A stretch of DNA of 62,277 nt, counting the filler, from Clostridia bacterium (lineage in GTDB: Bacteria > CBDUZB01 > JAGLHV01), in the NCBI GenBank assembly GCA_030637025.1. It is 4 parts of 4 records of this genome, joined end to end, with 100 filler letters (N's around TTAATTAATTAA, not from the genome) between each part and the next. Parts side by side here need not be neighbours in the genome. Positions count along the whole stretch, not along the records: positions 16,677 to 35,238 come from DAOVVV010000041.1; positions 35,339 to 49,315 come from DAOVVV010000049.1; 2 more parts are not named here. One strand, given 5' to 3'. Numbering within the stretch: the stretch's first letter is position 1; each line of letters starts with the position of its first letter. Below, piece after piece: positions 26,956 through 37,662 of the stretch. The translations under genes and the position numbers were made by a program. The notes under the pieces are model-generated. The model was not told the origin of the DNA. It did no database searches and saw only the letters and a program-made list of their open reading frames with translations.

Positions 26956-27657
26956 ATGATGAATTATTTGCGTAAAAATGTAAAAACCATATTATGGTTT
27001 GTTGCCTCTATTTTTATAATAGCTATTTTTGCCGGTTTCGGGGGAGCTTTTTTCTTACAAAGACAGTCAGGTTTAATCGGAAAAGTCAATGGTGTAGGCC
27101 TTCCCTTAAAAGATTTTTCCCAACTATTTGATCAAGCTATTGAATTTCACCGCCAAAACAAAAAAACAGCTCAGATTGATATAAATGCTCTTAAAAAAGA
27201 GCTACTTCAAAATATGATTAAAGAAGAACTTATGTACCAGGAATCTAAAAAATATAATATTACAATTACTCAGCAGGAATTAATCAATGCTATTCGTTCT
27301 TATCCTATTTTCCAAAAAGACGGAAAATTTGATATTTCTCTTTATTTGCGTATCTTGCGATATCTTCACACCACTCCCGAGGCTTTTGAAACGGCAAGAA
27401 AAAAATCTTTAGCTGTATTTAAACTACAAACTTTTTTTCTTTCCGCAATAAAAATAACTACTAAAGAATTAGAATATACATACAATAAAGAAAAACAAGA
27501 ATATCCGGATAATTTCAAAAAAGGAAAGGAAGAATTTAAAGAATTCTTCCTTATGAAAAAACAATCATCTATTTTTGATGCCTGGATGGAAAAATTAATT
27601 TGTGATGCAAATATTAAAATTTACATGGAAGACACAGAAAAGATCTTTGAAAAATAA
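26956..27657 (+). CDS. SurA/PpiD N-terminal-domain chaperone lacking a parvulin domain
   Basis: N-terminal TM, KVNG, FQKDGKFD motif. Confidence 0.8.
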   Translation: MMNYLRKNVKTILWFVASIFIIAIFAGFGGAFFLQRQSGLIGKVNGVGLPLKDFSQLFDQAIEFHRQNKKTAQIDINALKKELLQNMIKEELMYQESKKYNITITQQELINAIRSYPIFQKDGKFDISLYLRILRYLHTTPEAFETARKKSLAVFKLQTFFLSAIKITTKELEYTYNKEKQEYPDNFKKGKEEFKEFFLMKKQSSIFDAWMEKLICDANIKIYMEDTEKIFEK

Positions 27658-27664
27658 TAAGATT

Positions 27665-29014
27665 TTATTCCCCTCCAATACAAATTTCAGAAATTTTTAA
27701 AGTAGGCGATCCGAAATTATCGTGAAAAACAAGGTCATTTCCTATTTCTTCAATTGAATTTAATAAATCCAAAACATTCCCTGCTATTGTTATGCCTCTT
27801 ACCGGATATGAAAATACTCCTTGATCAATCCATAAACCTTCCACCCCTATGGAAAAATCTCCCGATACAGGATCTACCATATGCATACCCATAACGTTAA
27901 TAACATATAAACCGTTTTTTACTTTTTCTATTAATTCTTTTTTGGTTATTTTTCCTTCTTCTATAAAAAAATTTGTAGGAGAAGGAGTAGGAAGCCCGGC
28001 AAAAGAATTTCGATTAGCATTACCCGTAGACTGGGTATTATCCTTTCTTGCCGTATAAATATCATAAAGGTATCCTTCCAAAATTCCTTTATTTATTAAA
28101 ATCCTTCTCTGAGGAGGAACTCCTTCGTCATCAAAAGGAATCGTAGCTATCCCCCCGGATAACGTTCCATCATCAATAATAGTTATTAAAGGGGAACTAA
28201 CTTTTTTTCCTATTTTGTCTTTAAAAAGAGATTTACCTTTTTGTTTCATATCAGCACAAAAAGCATTAGAAATAATTTCCAAAAAACTACATGCTATTTG
28301 AGAAGGAAATACAACCGTACTCCTCTGAGATTTAACTTTCTTAGCTCCTAAAATAGCAACTGCTTTTTGGGCTGCTTTCTTCGCTACCTGGTCAAAATTT
28401 AAACCGTCAAAACTAATTCTTTCCTGCCCATGACTACCTACCTGAACCTCTGCATTCTCTTCGGCAACAGCACTAATTCCTATAGAACAATAAGTAGACC
28501 AATAACTTTTTTCCATTCCTAAAGAATTTATAATACTAACCCGGCTTTGTGCATCTATATAAGAGGAATGGAGAACTTTTTTTATTTTTTTGTCATAAGC
28601 AAGAGCGACTTTCTCCATTTCTTTCACACTATTAATTTTATCACCAATGCTAACTTGTTTTAAATCACTACTATATATTCCCTTTATTTTTATATCTTTC
28701 ATTTTATGTTTTTGTTCTATTTCCGCTAAACCGTTATATTCATCCCTTGCAGTACTTTTTATATTGTCCATAGCCATCCCGGCCATTTTCCTCAGTCCAT
28801 CATCGGAAATATCTGAACTATAAGCAAACCCTAACCTACCCCCATGAAATATCCGCAAACCAACACCGTTTTTCTTAGCTAACTTAAAATGCTCAATTTG
28901 CTGATCCCTAACTTCAATATCCGTTTGATTTATCTCTGTCATAAAAACTTCTATTTCTATTTCAGGACTGTTTTTTTTAACTACCTCTTGAATAACAGAA
29001 AAAACCCTGTACAT
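27665..29014 (-). CDS. pmbA: TldE/PmbA family protein
   Basis: PFDDEG, STGNA, SGDFS, ITIAGN; no HExxxH. Confidence 0.88.
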   Translation of the reverse strand: MYRVFSVIQEVVKKNSPEIEIEVFMTEINQTDIEVRDQQIEHFKLAKKNGVGLRIFHGGRLGFAYSSDISDDGLRKMAGMAMDNIKSTARDEYNGLAEIEQKHKMKDIKIKGIYSSDLKQVSIGDKINSVKEMEKVALAYDKKIKKVLHSSYIDAQSRVSIINSLGMEKSYWSTYCSIGISAVAEENAEVQVGSHGQERISFDGLNFDQVAKKAAQKAVAILGAKKVKSQRSTVVFPSQIACSFLEIISNAFCADMKQKGKSLFKDKIGKKVSSPLITIIDDGTLSGGIATIPFDDEGVPPQRRILINKGILEGYLYDIYTARKDNTQSTGNANRNSFAGLPTPSPTNFFIEEGKITKKELIEKVKNGLYVINVMGMHMVDPVSGDFSIGVEGLWIDQGVFSYPVRGITIAGNVLDLLNSIEEIGNDLVFHDNFGSPTLKISEICIGGE

Positions 29015-29043
29015 TATATATCCTTACCTTTCCCCTTAAATTC

Positions 29044-29250
29044 TTACTTATAAAAACCCATATACAATAAAATTATGGATAAAACCAAACAAACAAATCC
29101 GATTTTTCTACGATGGAAAAGAAGCCATCGGTCACAAAAAACATATTTCCTTGCCCAGTAATTTACTTTAACTATCCAATTAGTCCAATTAAGAAACCCT
29201 AAACCTAAAAAAAATAAAGATAAGCCTATTACTATTTTTAAAATTCTCAC
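29044..29250 (-). CDS. Small 2-TM hypothetical protein
   Basis: 68 aa, co-oriented within the operon. Confidence 0.65.
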   Translation of the reverse strand: MRILKIVIGLSLFFLGLGFLNWTNWIVKVNYWARKYVFCDRWLLFHRRKIGFVCLVLSIILLYMGFYK

Positions 29251-29296
29251 CTGTTTTCCTATTCTATTTTAAAGTTTTAAATCTTTATATATTAGT

Positions 29297-31714
29297 TTAT
29301 TTTTTTTCCAAAACAATTTGTTTATCAATATCTCTAGCCAATTTTTCATAAAAAGATTTAAAATTTCTATACTTATTTATAGATAACAAAGTCTTTTTAA
29401 TTAATTTTTCTTCATAAAAATAAATACGGTCATTTTCATACTTATATGTATTCTTGTATTTAAAACATATATTTTCTTTCTGGATTGATTCCGGTAAATA
29501 TTTCACTTCATAATCCGGTGGTAATTCTATCTCTACTAATGACTTTTTGGCATCAAGACTTCCAAAATCCAGAGGATAAATCCTTGTCGCTTTAGAAATA
29601 AAACCGGTAGAAAGACCTCCTAATTGCGGAACTAAATAAGTGGAACCGGATTTTTTTAAATACTTGGGACCGGAAAATTTCATTTCTATTTTTACCGGTG
29701 TTTCTAAATTTTCCAAATCACTAATTTTATACGTTATAAGTTTTCCTCCCGGACATATTTCATTTACTCTTTTCTTCAGCATTTCTTTACGCAAAATCGG
29801 TTTAGTATATTTCAGGTTTCTTAAACCCATTGAATAATTACCTTTAGTACAAACAGTCCGTTCTCCGAATATAGACTCATCGGGTAATACTTTTATTTCA
29901 AGTGCATATTTAATTAAATCTCTTTCCGGTTTAAAAAGAGGGGTCTGGGATAATTCATAATGATCATCATAAAAAATTAATACTTTCCTTTGCTGATCCG
30001 ATACAGGTAAATCTCCAAAAGTTGCTGTTTCTACGGTAGAATCCATAAAAATAAGCTCCCCATCAATTTTTACTGCTGCAATACAATGATTAAAGCTTAG
30101 AGTAGGAAACTTTTCATCTAAAAGCCAAGAACCCCTGGTCCCAATCAACACCGGATAAGCTTCTATCCCCGCTAACTTAAGCATAGAAACCAAAAGAATA
30201 CTTTGATCTTTACAATCACCATATTTATTTTTAAATATTTCAGTAGCTGCATGAGGCTGAAAACCCGCTTCCCCATATTCTACACCAACATAGCGAATTT
30301 TACTGGCACAGAAATGATAGATAGCTGCTGCTTTTTCCCTTTTTCCTTTTCTTCCTCTTATCAATTCTGCCACTTTTTTCTTCATTTCATTATCATTATC
30401 AATTTTATCTTTACTTATCCCCCACCACCACTCGTAAATCTCCTGCCAGGAATCAAAAGAAGAAAAAGCAAAATTGGCCACAATTTCACTCCAGGGAGGC
30501 ATATGTGATTCGGAAATAATCTCCGGAATTCTACGAAAATGCCACGTATAAATTTCCCGGCTTTTATCTCTTTTTACCTTTGGTCTAAGTCTTAATCCGG
30601 GAAGAACATATCCGGGATTAACAGAATCAACCCTAATCTTACCCCGATAAGAACGGGGTACTATAAGAGTAAAATATTGATTTAAATATGGTTCATTTCC
30701 TTGAATTCCATAACGGGAACAAAAATTCTTTTTATCAATTAGTTTTCCAATAAACCACCTGGCTTTATATTCTATAATTGTATTTTCTGCGACTTCCGGC
30801 ATAGAAATTATTTTTACTCTGGCATTACTATATAAGGGAAAATTCAGGTATTTGGAAACATCCCGGATATTTTTTTCTCCTGCCTGAATAATCGTTCCAT
30901 CTCTTTTTATGGTACGGGCATAATCAAGCTCTACTTTTTCATAAGTAGAATCATATTCTAATTCTATTTCACCGTAATGTTTTCCCCTGTCATTTAAGAT
31001 TTTGACCACAAAATAACGTTCCCTAATTGCTGTTCCATTAGGTAAAATTTTTAATTTTTCCTGATCATGTAAAATGACGGCCCCGGCATCAGGATATCTT
31101 TCCTGTCCCGGAGCATTTTTTATTATTTTTTTCAGCCTCTTATCTTTTAAGTCTCTAACATTATGAACCTTAATTACATTATTAATTGCCCCAAGCCGCT
31201 TATTTACTTTTTTAACATAATTTTTATCTTTAATTTTCTCATATACTTTAATTGCCTGATTATAAAGATTTTGTTTTTCACAGGTCTTTCCGTAAAGATA
31301 AAGAAATTCTGCATCTTTTACTGCTTCATGCTTTTCAAAAATGCTTAAAGCGTCGGTATAATTCCCCATTTTAAAATAAGCAAAAGAAACTATTTTAGCT
31401 ATCTTAAAATCATCCGGACTTTTTTGATAAAGAGGAGACAACACCTCAAGACTTCTATCATAATCTCCGTATTGGTAATATAATTTACCCAATTTAAAAT
31501 AAATTTCTTTTTGATTTGCCCCCGGTACTTTCTGGGCAAGGAGATATTCTTCTATTGCTTTGGAGTAAAATTGTTTACTTTTTAAGGCATATTTATCTGC
31601 CAATTCCAGATGAATATTTTCAGCATAAGCAAAAGATAAACCAACAACAAAATAAAGGAGTATAAAATTTATCCTAACTAAAAAATTAAACTTATTTGAA
31701 AACTTTTGTTTCAT
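29297..31714 (-). CDS. TPR + DUF3857 + transglutaminase-like exported protein
   Basis: Signal peptide, TPRs, IRYVG, GDCKD, FNHCI catalytic motifs. Confidence 0.88.
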   Translation of the reverse strand: MKQKFSNKFNFLVRINFILLYFVVGLSFAYAENIHLELADKYALKSKQFYSKAIEEYLLAQKVPGANQKEIYFKLGKLYYQYGDYDRSLEVLSPLYQKSPDDFKIAKIVSFAYFKMGNYTDALSIFEKHEAVKDAEFLYLYGKTCEKQNLYNQAIKVYEKIKDKNYVKKVNKRLGAINNVIKVHNVRDLKDKRLKKIIKNAPGQERYPDAGAVILHDQEKLKILPNGTAIRERYFVVKILNDRGKHYGEIELEYDSTYEKVELDYARTIKRDGTIIQAGEKNIRDVSKYLNFPLYSNARVKIISMPEVAENTIIEYKARWFIGKLIDKKNFCSRYGIQGNEPYLNQYFTLIVPRSYRGKIRVDSVNPGYVLPGLRLRPKVKRDKSREIYTWHFRRIPEIISESHMPPWSEIVANFAFSSFDSWQEIYEWWWGISKDKIDNDNEMKKKVAELIRGRKGKREKAAAIYHFCASKIRYVGVEYGEAGFQPHAATEIFKNKYGDCKDQSILLVSMLKLAGIEAYPVLIGTRGSWLLDEKFPTLSFNHCIAAVKIDGELIFMDSTVETATFGDLPVSDQQRKVLIFYDDHYELSQTPLFKPERDLIKYALEIKVLPDESIFGERTVCTKGNYSMGLRNLKYTKPILRKEMLKKRVNEICPGGKLITYKISDLENLETPVKIEMKFSGPKYLKKSGSTYLVPQLGGLSTGFISKATRIYPLDFGSLDAKKSLVEIELPPDYEVKYLPESIQKENICFKYKNTYKYENDRIYFYEEKLIKKTLLSINKYRNFKSFYEKLARDIDKQIVLEKK

Positions 31715-31717
31715 TTT

Positions 31718-32185
31718 TCACTCCTTTCTTTTAGTAATTTTTTTCACCATAGGCACTTCGTTACAATCAGGAAACATCGGACAATTGATGCACTCACTCC
31801 ATATTTTGTGCGGAAGGCTTTCTCTTTTTACCTGCTTAAAACCATGTTTTAGAAAAAATTGCGGTTTAAAAGTCAAAGCAAAAACTTTCTTTATTCCCAA
31901 CAACACTGCTTCCTGGAAGCATTTATCTAAAAGAGTGCTCCCTAAACCTTTTCTTTGCCATCGCGGAGAAATAGCCATTGCTTTTACTTCCGCTAAATCT
32001 CCCCATGCTACATGAAGGGCACAACAAGCAACAATCTTTCCTTTTTCTTCCACTATAAAAAAATCCCGTATATTTTCATAAAGTTCATTACGAGCCCGGG
32101 GCAACATTTCTTTTTTATTAGCATAGTAATTAATTAATTTATGCATGCCTTCTACATCACCAACTTTTGCTTTCCGAATAACCAT
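31718..32185 (-). CDS. argA: Short N-acetylglutamate synthase (GNAT)
   Basis: MLPR..ELYENIRDF, LPHKIWSECINCP motif. Confidence 0.85.
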   Translation of the reverse strand: MVIRKAKVGDVEGMHKLINYYANKKEMLPRARNELYENIRDFFIVEEKGKIVACCALHVAWGDLAEVKAMAISPRWQRKGLGSTLLDKCFQEAVLLGIKKVFALTFKPQFFLKHGFKQVKRESLPHKIWSECINCPMFPDCNEVPMVKKITKRKE

Positions 32186-32258
32186 TTTTCCACCCTTTTC
32201 AATTAAAATAAGTTCTACAATACAACAACCTTTTTTATCCTATTATCTACGAAGCCAT

Positions 32259-32801
32259 CTAATAATTAAACCCGGACTTCAACGCTTCCCGGTTGATTTC
32301 AATCAAATTCTTTTTTTCTTCCTTATCTTTAAGAAGCAAAATACTTTCTAAACCTTTAATAGCACTCTCTAATGAAACTATTCCTTTTTGCCTGATATAA
32401 ACTCCTAAGGCTACCATATTAGCCACTTTATCATTCCCCAATTTTTGCGCAATCTGAGTAACAGGAACCCTTATCACTTCTATCCCTTCTTTAACAATTT
32501 CTTCTTCAACAAGAGAAGAATTTATAATTAATAATCCCTTTTCTTTTAATTGTCCGGAAAATTTAATTAAAGAAGGTTTATTAAAAATAATCAAAGAAGA
32601 AGGATTTTTTACCATTGGCGAACCTATTTCTTCCCGGGAAATAACTACACGACAATTAGCCGTTCCTCCCCGCATTTCTGCTCCGTAAGAAGGAAAAAAA
32701 GTCACATTTAATCCTTCCTCCATTGCCAAATGAGCCAATAATGTTCCGCAAAACATTATCCCCTGTCCTCCATAACCGGCAATAATTAATTCCTCAAACA
32801 T
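32259..32801 (-). CDS. 2-oxoacid:ferredoxin oxidoreductase gamma subunit
   Basis: AGYGGQG, PSYGAEMRGGTANC, ANMVALG. Confidence 0.93.
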   Translation of the reverse strand: MFEELIIAGYGGQGIMFCGTLLAHLAMEEGLNVTFFPSYGAEMRGGTANCRVVISREEIGSPMVKNPSSLIIFNKPSLIKFSGQLKEKGLLIINSSLVEEEIVKEGIEVIRVPVTQIAQKLGNDKVANMVALGVYIRQKGIVSLESAIKGLESILLLKDKEEKKNLIEINREALKSGFNY

Positions 32802-32824
32802 AAATATTTCACCCTACTTGAATT

Positions 32825-33571
32825 TTAAGTCGATTTACTTTTATCTCTTATTACGCCCAAAGGATAAACGGGTATTAGCTTTTCCTCTATCCACCGGAGA
32901 GCTTCCACTGAAGTTACCGCCCACCCAACAGGACACATAGATAAAACTTCTACTAAAGAAAATCCTTTGTTGGCAATTTGATTTTTAAATGCTTTTTTTA
33001 TTGCCTTTTTTGCTTTGAGTACATTTTCAGGGTTATTTACTGCTACCCGTTCAATATAGTGAACACCGTCCAACTGTCCCAGAGCTTCTGATATCTTCAT
33101 GGGATAACCACTTAATTCTGCTTTACGGCCTCCGGGTGAAGTCCATGTTTTTTGTCCTATCAGAGTAGTAGGGGCCATCTGTCCCCCGGTCATTCCATAA
33201 ATAGCGTTATTAATAAAAATTACCGTGATATTTTCTCCCCGATTAGCAGCATGAAGTATTTCCGCCGCTCCAATAGAAGCTAAATCTCCGTCTCCCTGAT
33301 AAGTAAAAACAATTCTATCAGGTAAAACCCTTTTTATCCCGGTAGCTACGGCCGGCGGCCTTCCATGGGCTGCCTCGGTAACATCAAAATTCCAGTAATG
33401 GTAAGCAAAAACAGCACATCCTACCGGAGCAATCCCTATTGTCTTTTCCCTTATTTTAAATTCATCAATTACCTCTGCCAACAAGCGGTGAACTATTCCG
33501 TGTCCACACCCGGGACAATAAGAAAACCTGGCTTTCTTTAAACTGTCCGGATAGGAAAAAAGTTTCTTCAT
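32825..33571 (-). CDS. 2-oxoacid:ferredoxin oxidoreductase beta (TPP-binding) subunit
   Basis: YCPGCGHG, HGR, QGDGD, YGMTGGQ. Confidence 0.93.
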   Translation of the reverse strand: MKKLFSYPDSLKKARFSYCPGCGHGIVHRLLAEVIDEFKIREKTIGIAPVGCAVFAYHYWNFDVTEAAHGRPPAVATGIKRVLPDRIVFTYQGDGDLASIGAAEILHAANRGENITVIFINNAIYGMTGGQMAPTTLIGQKTWTSPGGRKAELSGYPMKISEALGQLDGVHYIERVAVNNPENVLKAKKAIKKAFKNQIANKGFSLVEVLSMCPVGWAVTSVEALRWIEEKLIPVYPLGVIRDKSKST

Positions 33572-33573
33572 TT

Positions 33574-34629
33574 TTAATTTGAAATCTCCCTTAATTTATC
33601 TAAAATTTCTTCTACTTCTAAAACACTTCCTCCCGGCCGGCCATAAAAATGTACTTTTGTTTTCCCTTCCACAGCTAATTTGACATCTTCTATCATCTGC
33701 CCTAAACTCATCTCTATTACCAAAATTGAATTTACTTTTTGCGCAATATTTCCAACAATCTGTTCCGGAAAGGGCCAAAGAGTAATAGGACGAATCATCC
33801 CTATTTTCAAACCCTGCCGGCGAGCTTCTTTAACCGCCTGTTTTCCCATTCGGGCTGCAATACCATAAGCAATAATTACTATTTCCGCATCTTCAACATT
33901 GTATAACTCAGCCCTTATTTCCTGCTCTTTTATTCTTTTATATTTATTATTCAATTCCCAATTATACTTCTCCAGCTCTTCCTCTCCCAACAATAAAGAA
34001 CGAACCATCCTTGGTTCCCGCCCTTTACAACCATCCAAAATCCAATCTTTGTCCTTAATTTTTCTCTCAACGTTTTTATCATCTTTATGTATAGGTTCAA
34101 GCATCTGGCCAACAACACCATCAGATAACACCATCACCGGACTACGATATCTATCCGCTAATTCAAAACTCAAACAAGTCAGGTCAAACATTTCCTGCAC
34201 AGAATAAGGGGCTAAAACAATGGTTCTATAATCCCCATGCCCCCCGCCTCTGGTAGCCTGAAAATAGTCTCCCTGGCTACCGGCAATATTACCCAATCCG
34301 GGACCACCCCTCTGAACATTAACAATCACTCCCGGCAACTGGCAAGCAGCCATATAAGAAATTCCTTCTTGTTTTAAGCTTATTCCCGGAGAAGAAGAAG
34401 AAGTCATCGTACGCACACCGGTTAAAGATGCACCAAAAACCATATTAATAGCAGCAATCTCGCTTTCTGCCTGAATAAAAACCCCTCCTATTTTCGGCAT
34501 TATCTTCGCCATATAAGCTGTCAATTCATTTTGGGGGGTAATGGGATAACCAAAATAGGCCATGCATCCTGATTGTATCGCTCCCTCTCCTATTGCATCA
34601 TTACCTCTGATTAAAATTCTTTTTTTCAC
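33574..34629 (-). CDS. vorB: 2-oxoacid:ferredoxin oxidoreductase alpha subunit (VorB type)
   Basis: GYPITPQ, ESEIAA, TSSSSPGISLKQE, RGGPGLG. Confidence 0.9.
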   Translation of the reverse strand: MKKRILIRGNDAIGEGAIQSGCMAYFGYPITPQNELTAYMAKIMPKIGGVFIQAESEIAAINMVFGASLTGVRTMTSSSSPGISLKQEGISYMAACQLPGVIVNVQRGGPGLGNIAGSQGDYFQATRGGGHGDYRTIVLAPYSVQEMFDLTCLSFELADRYRSPVMVLSDGVVGQMLEPIHKDDKNVERKIKDKDWILDGCKGREPRMVRSLLLGEEELEKYNWELNNKYKRIKEQEIRAELYNVEDAEIVIIAYGIAARMGKQAVKEARRQGLKIGMIRPITLWPFPEQIVGNIAQKVNSILVIEMSLGQMIEDVKLAVEGKTKVHFYGRPGGSVLEVEEILDKLREISN

Positions 34630-34637
34630 TTTATTTT

Positions 34638-34850
34638 CTATTCCTTATTTATTTCAATAGCTACTTCCGGACACATTTGATAACACTTTCCACAGGCAAT
34701 GCAATCCTTTTCTTTTTCTTCGATTTTTATTGCCGGATGATATCCGGCGGAATTAAGATGCTCACTCATAATTATAATATCTTTTGGGCAAACAATAACG
34801 CATAATCTACAACCCTTACATCTTTCCTGGTCAATATTAATTTTTATCAT
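34638..34850 (-). CDS. 2x[4Fe-4S] ferredoxin, oxidoreductase delta subunit
   Basis: CKGCRLCVIVCP and CIACGKCYQMCP. Confidence 0.93.
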   Translation of the reverse strand: MIKINIDQERCKGCRLCVIVCPKDIIIMSEHLNSAGYHPAIKIEEKEKDCIACGKCYQMCPEVAIEINKE

Positions 34851-35106
34851 ATACTATCTTTCTTTTATATTCGAGGATTTCCAAATATTTATTTTATCCT
34901 CTTTCCCGAAAAAAGTCAACTTTTATTTGAAACAAGTTATTAGCAAAAAACATTCTGACTTTAATTTTTTTCTATTGGTTAATTAAGTAATTAAAAATGA
35001 TATGAATTATATTCCTGTTAAATCGGGAAATATCTTTTGGAGTCAATATAGAAATCATTAGAGTTGATACATTCTATAAACTACTTCAAAATATACCAAA
35101 ACTATT

Positions 35107-35238
35107 TCATCCTGAAATTTCTTTAAATTTTTTGGTTAAGGCAGGAACTACTTCAAAGAGATCTCCTTCAATACCGTAAGTAGCAACTTTAAAGATAGGA
35201 GCATTAACATCACGATTTATAGCCACGATAATATCCGA
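35107..35238 (-). CDS. etfA: Electron transfer flavoprotein alpha subunit, C-terminal fragment at contig end
   Basis: [34 protein letters not shown]; not in ORF track. Confidence 0.85.
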   Translation of the reverse strand, partial: SDIIVAINRDVNAPIFKVATYGIEGDLFEVVPALTKKFKEISG

Positions 35239-35338
35239 NNNNNNNNNNNNNNNNNNNNNNNNNNNNNNNNNNNNNNNNNNNNTTAATTAATTAANNNNNN
35301 NNNNNNNNNNNNNNNNNNNNNNNNNNNNNNNNNNNNNN
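35239..35338. other. Artificial contig spacer
   Basis: N run with TTAATTAATTAA. Confidence 0.97.
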
Positions 35339-35346
35339 ACAGGACA

Positions 35347-35529
35347 GGCACAAAGGCACAAAGGCACAAAGGCACAAAGGCACAAAGATAAAAGATAAAA
35401 GATAAAAGATAAAAGATAAAAAACAAAGACAAGACAAAGAATAGTCCATAGACAACGGGATAAAGACAACAGACAGAAACTACAGTTATAAGTTATTAGT
35501 TAAAAAATTTGGGAATTGGGAATTGGAAG
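35347..35529 (+). repeat. Compound short tandem repeat
   Basis: (GGCACAAA)x5 35347-35386, (GATAAAA)x5 35387-35421, then AATAGTCCATAGAC, GTTATAAGTTA and (TTGGGAA)x2. Confidence 0.9.
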
Positions 35530-35558
35530 TTCAAATTGGTTAAACTGAGGTTTTAAAA

Positions 35559-36551
35559 ATGCGGTTTGCAAATTCTTATTTTCTTTTATTATTACTGCTT
35601 ATTCCCTTGCTTATCTATACCTTTTCCTGGTGGAATAAAAAGAAAAAAACAGCCCTTATTTTTTCCAGCACCAAAGTGCTGGAAAAAATAAACCCGGGTT
35701 GGCAAATAAATCCGGATTATTTTTTAACCGGTCTTCGACTTTTAACTATTTCTCTTTTAATTCTTGCTTTAGCCCGGCCTCAAACAGGACAAAAAGGCGA
35801 AGAAATACTAACCAAAGGGATCAGCATTATTATTGTCTTAGATACTTCCACCAGCATGAAAGCAGAAGATTTTAAACCACACAATCGTTTAGAGGCAGCT
35901 AAAAAAATAGCGGCAGAATTTATCCGGGGAAGAAAGAATGACCAAATAGGACTAATTGTTTTCTCCGCATTAAGTTTCACCCAATGCCCCCTGACTATTG
36001 ATTACGGAGCATTACTTGATTTTTTAGATAAAATTGAAATTGGAATGACTCAAACCGATGGAACCGCCATCGGCACGGCTATCGGTACAGCGGTAAACAG
36101 ACTAAAAGACACAAAAGCAAAAAGCAAGGTCTTAATCCTGCTTACTGACGGAAGAAACAATATGGGAGAAATCGACCCCATCACTGCGGCAAAAGTGGCT
36201 AACTCTTTTGATATAAAGATTTATACTATCGGTGCTGCCCGGAAAGGCGGCGCCCTTTATCCCATAGATGATCCTATTTTCGGTAAAAGATATGTACATA
36301 TAAAAGAAGACCTTGATGACGACACCCTGATTAAAATTGCTAATATTACCAATGGATTATATTTCCGGGCAACCGATACAGGAAGTTTAAAGAGTGTTTT
36401 TCAAAAAATTGATAAAATGGAAAAAACAGAAATAAAAATAAAAGAATATACCAACTACACTGAAGTATTTTATTATTTTCTATGGTTTGCTTTTATGCTA
36501 TTATTTTTAGAAATCATTTTAGGAAATACAATTTTTCGTAAAATTCCTTAA
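35559..36551 (+). CDS. batA: BatA vWA-domain protein
   Basis: ALARPQ, DTSTSM MIDAS, GTAIG, LLTDG. Confidence 0.92.
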   Translation: MRFANSYFLLLLLLIPLLIYTFSWWNKKKKTALIFSSTKVLEKINPGWQINPDYFLTGLRLLTISLLILALARPQTGQKGEEILTKGISIIIVLDTSTSMKAEDFKPHNRLEAAKKIAAEFIRGRKNDQIGLIVFSALSFTQCPLTIDYGALLDFLDKIEIGMTQTDGTAIGTAIGTAVNRLKDTKAKSKVLILLTDGRNNMGEIDPITAAKVANSFDIKIYTIGAARKGGALYPIDDPIFGKRYVHIKEDLDDDTLIKIANITNGLYFRATDTGSLKSVFQKIDKMEKTEIKIKEYTNYTEVFYYFLWFAFMLLFLEIILGNTIFRKIP

Positions 36552-36590
36552 AGAAAACCTTTTAAATTTAGTCAAAGGAAAAACATTATT

Positions 36591-37604
36591 ATGCGATTTG
36601 CCAGTCCATATAGTTTATATTTACTTTTAATAATTCCTGTTTTAGTTTTCTTTTATGTTTTCACTTTCCGACAGAAGAAAAAAGCACTTGCCCTATTCGG
36701 CAATCTAAAATTGGTCAAAAACCTGACCGCTTCTGTCAGCAAACCCAGGCAAATAATTAAAACAATCCTGGTAGTAACTGGTTTTTTCTTTCTTATTTTA
36801 GCTCTTACCGGCCCTCAAATAGGAACCAAACTTGTTCAGGTAAAAAGAAAAGGGCTGGATATTATAATTGCTATCGATACTTCTTTAAGTATGACCGCAG
36901 AAGACATTAAACCCAACCGATTGGCCAAAGCCAAAATGGAGTTGGAAAGTCTTATTGACCAAATGGAGGGAGACCGCATCGGAATTATCGCTTTTGCCGG
37001 TAATGCCTTTGTGCAATGTCCTTTAACTCTGGATTACCGGGCTGCAAAAATGTTTTTAAACCTGATTAACACCGACCTTATTCCCCAGCCGGGAACATCT
37101 ATCGGAGAAGCTATCAGATTAGCTATCAAAAGTTTTTCCCAAAAAGAACGAAAATATAAGGTCCTTATTCTTTTAACCGACGGAGAAGATTATCACAGCT
37201 TACCTTTAAAAGCCGGTGATCAAGCTAAAAAAGAAGGAATTAAAATATATACCATCGGTTTTGGCAGCCCCAAAGGTGAATTAATTCCTTTGTATGACGA
37301 AAAAGGAGATATTATCAGTTACAAAAAAGATAAAAAAGGCGCTGCCGTAATGAGTAAACTTGATGAAATGACTCTTGGAAAAATTGCTCTCAACACAGGC
37401 GGAAAATATTACCGGGCAACAGCAGGAGAACTGGAAGTTGAACAACTTTATAAAGAAATTTCCCGTTTGGAAAAAAAAGAACTTCAGAGTAAATTTTTTA
37501 GCCAATATGAGGATCGCTTTCAATATTTTCTGGCTATTTGCCTGATTTTATTATTTTTTGAACTTATTTTGCCGGCAAGAAAAAAATTGGTGGAAAAATT
37601 ATAA
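36591..37604 (+). CDS. batB: BatB vWA-domain protein
   Basis: DTSLSM, PNRL, TDGED, SKLDE. Confidence 0.9.
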   Translation: MRFASPYSLYLLLIIPVLVFFYVFTFRQKKKALALFGNLKLVKNLTASVSKPRQIIKTILVVTGFFFLILALTGPQIGTKLVQVKRKGLDIIIAIDTSLSMTAEDIKPNRLAKAKMELESLIDQMEGDRIGIIAFAGNAFVQCPLTLDYRAAKMFLNLINTDLIPQPGTSIGEAIRLAIKSFSQKERKYKVLILLTDGEDYHSLPLKAGDQAKKEGIKIYTIGFGSPKGELIPLYDEKGDIISYKKDKKGAAVMSKLDEMTLGKIALNTGGKYYRATAGELEVEQLYKEISRLEKKELQSKFFSQYEDRFQYFLAICLILLFFELILPARKKLVEKL

Positions 37605-37662
37605 ATATTCGATTACAATAATATACTGTATAAAATTGTATAACTTTAAAAAGGAGTAAAAA

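Noticed and set aside
35347-35421. Possible CRISPR array, or ORF 35287-35469
   Set aside because: Tandem 7-8-mers without unique spacers and no cas genes; the ORF is just translated repeat
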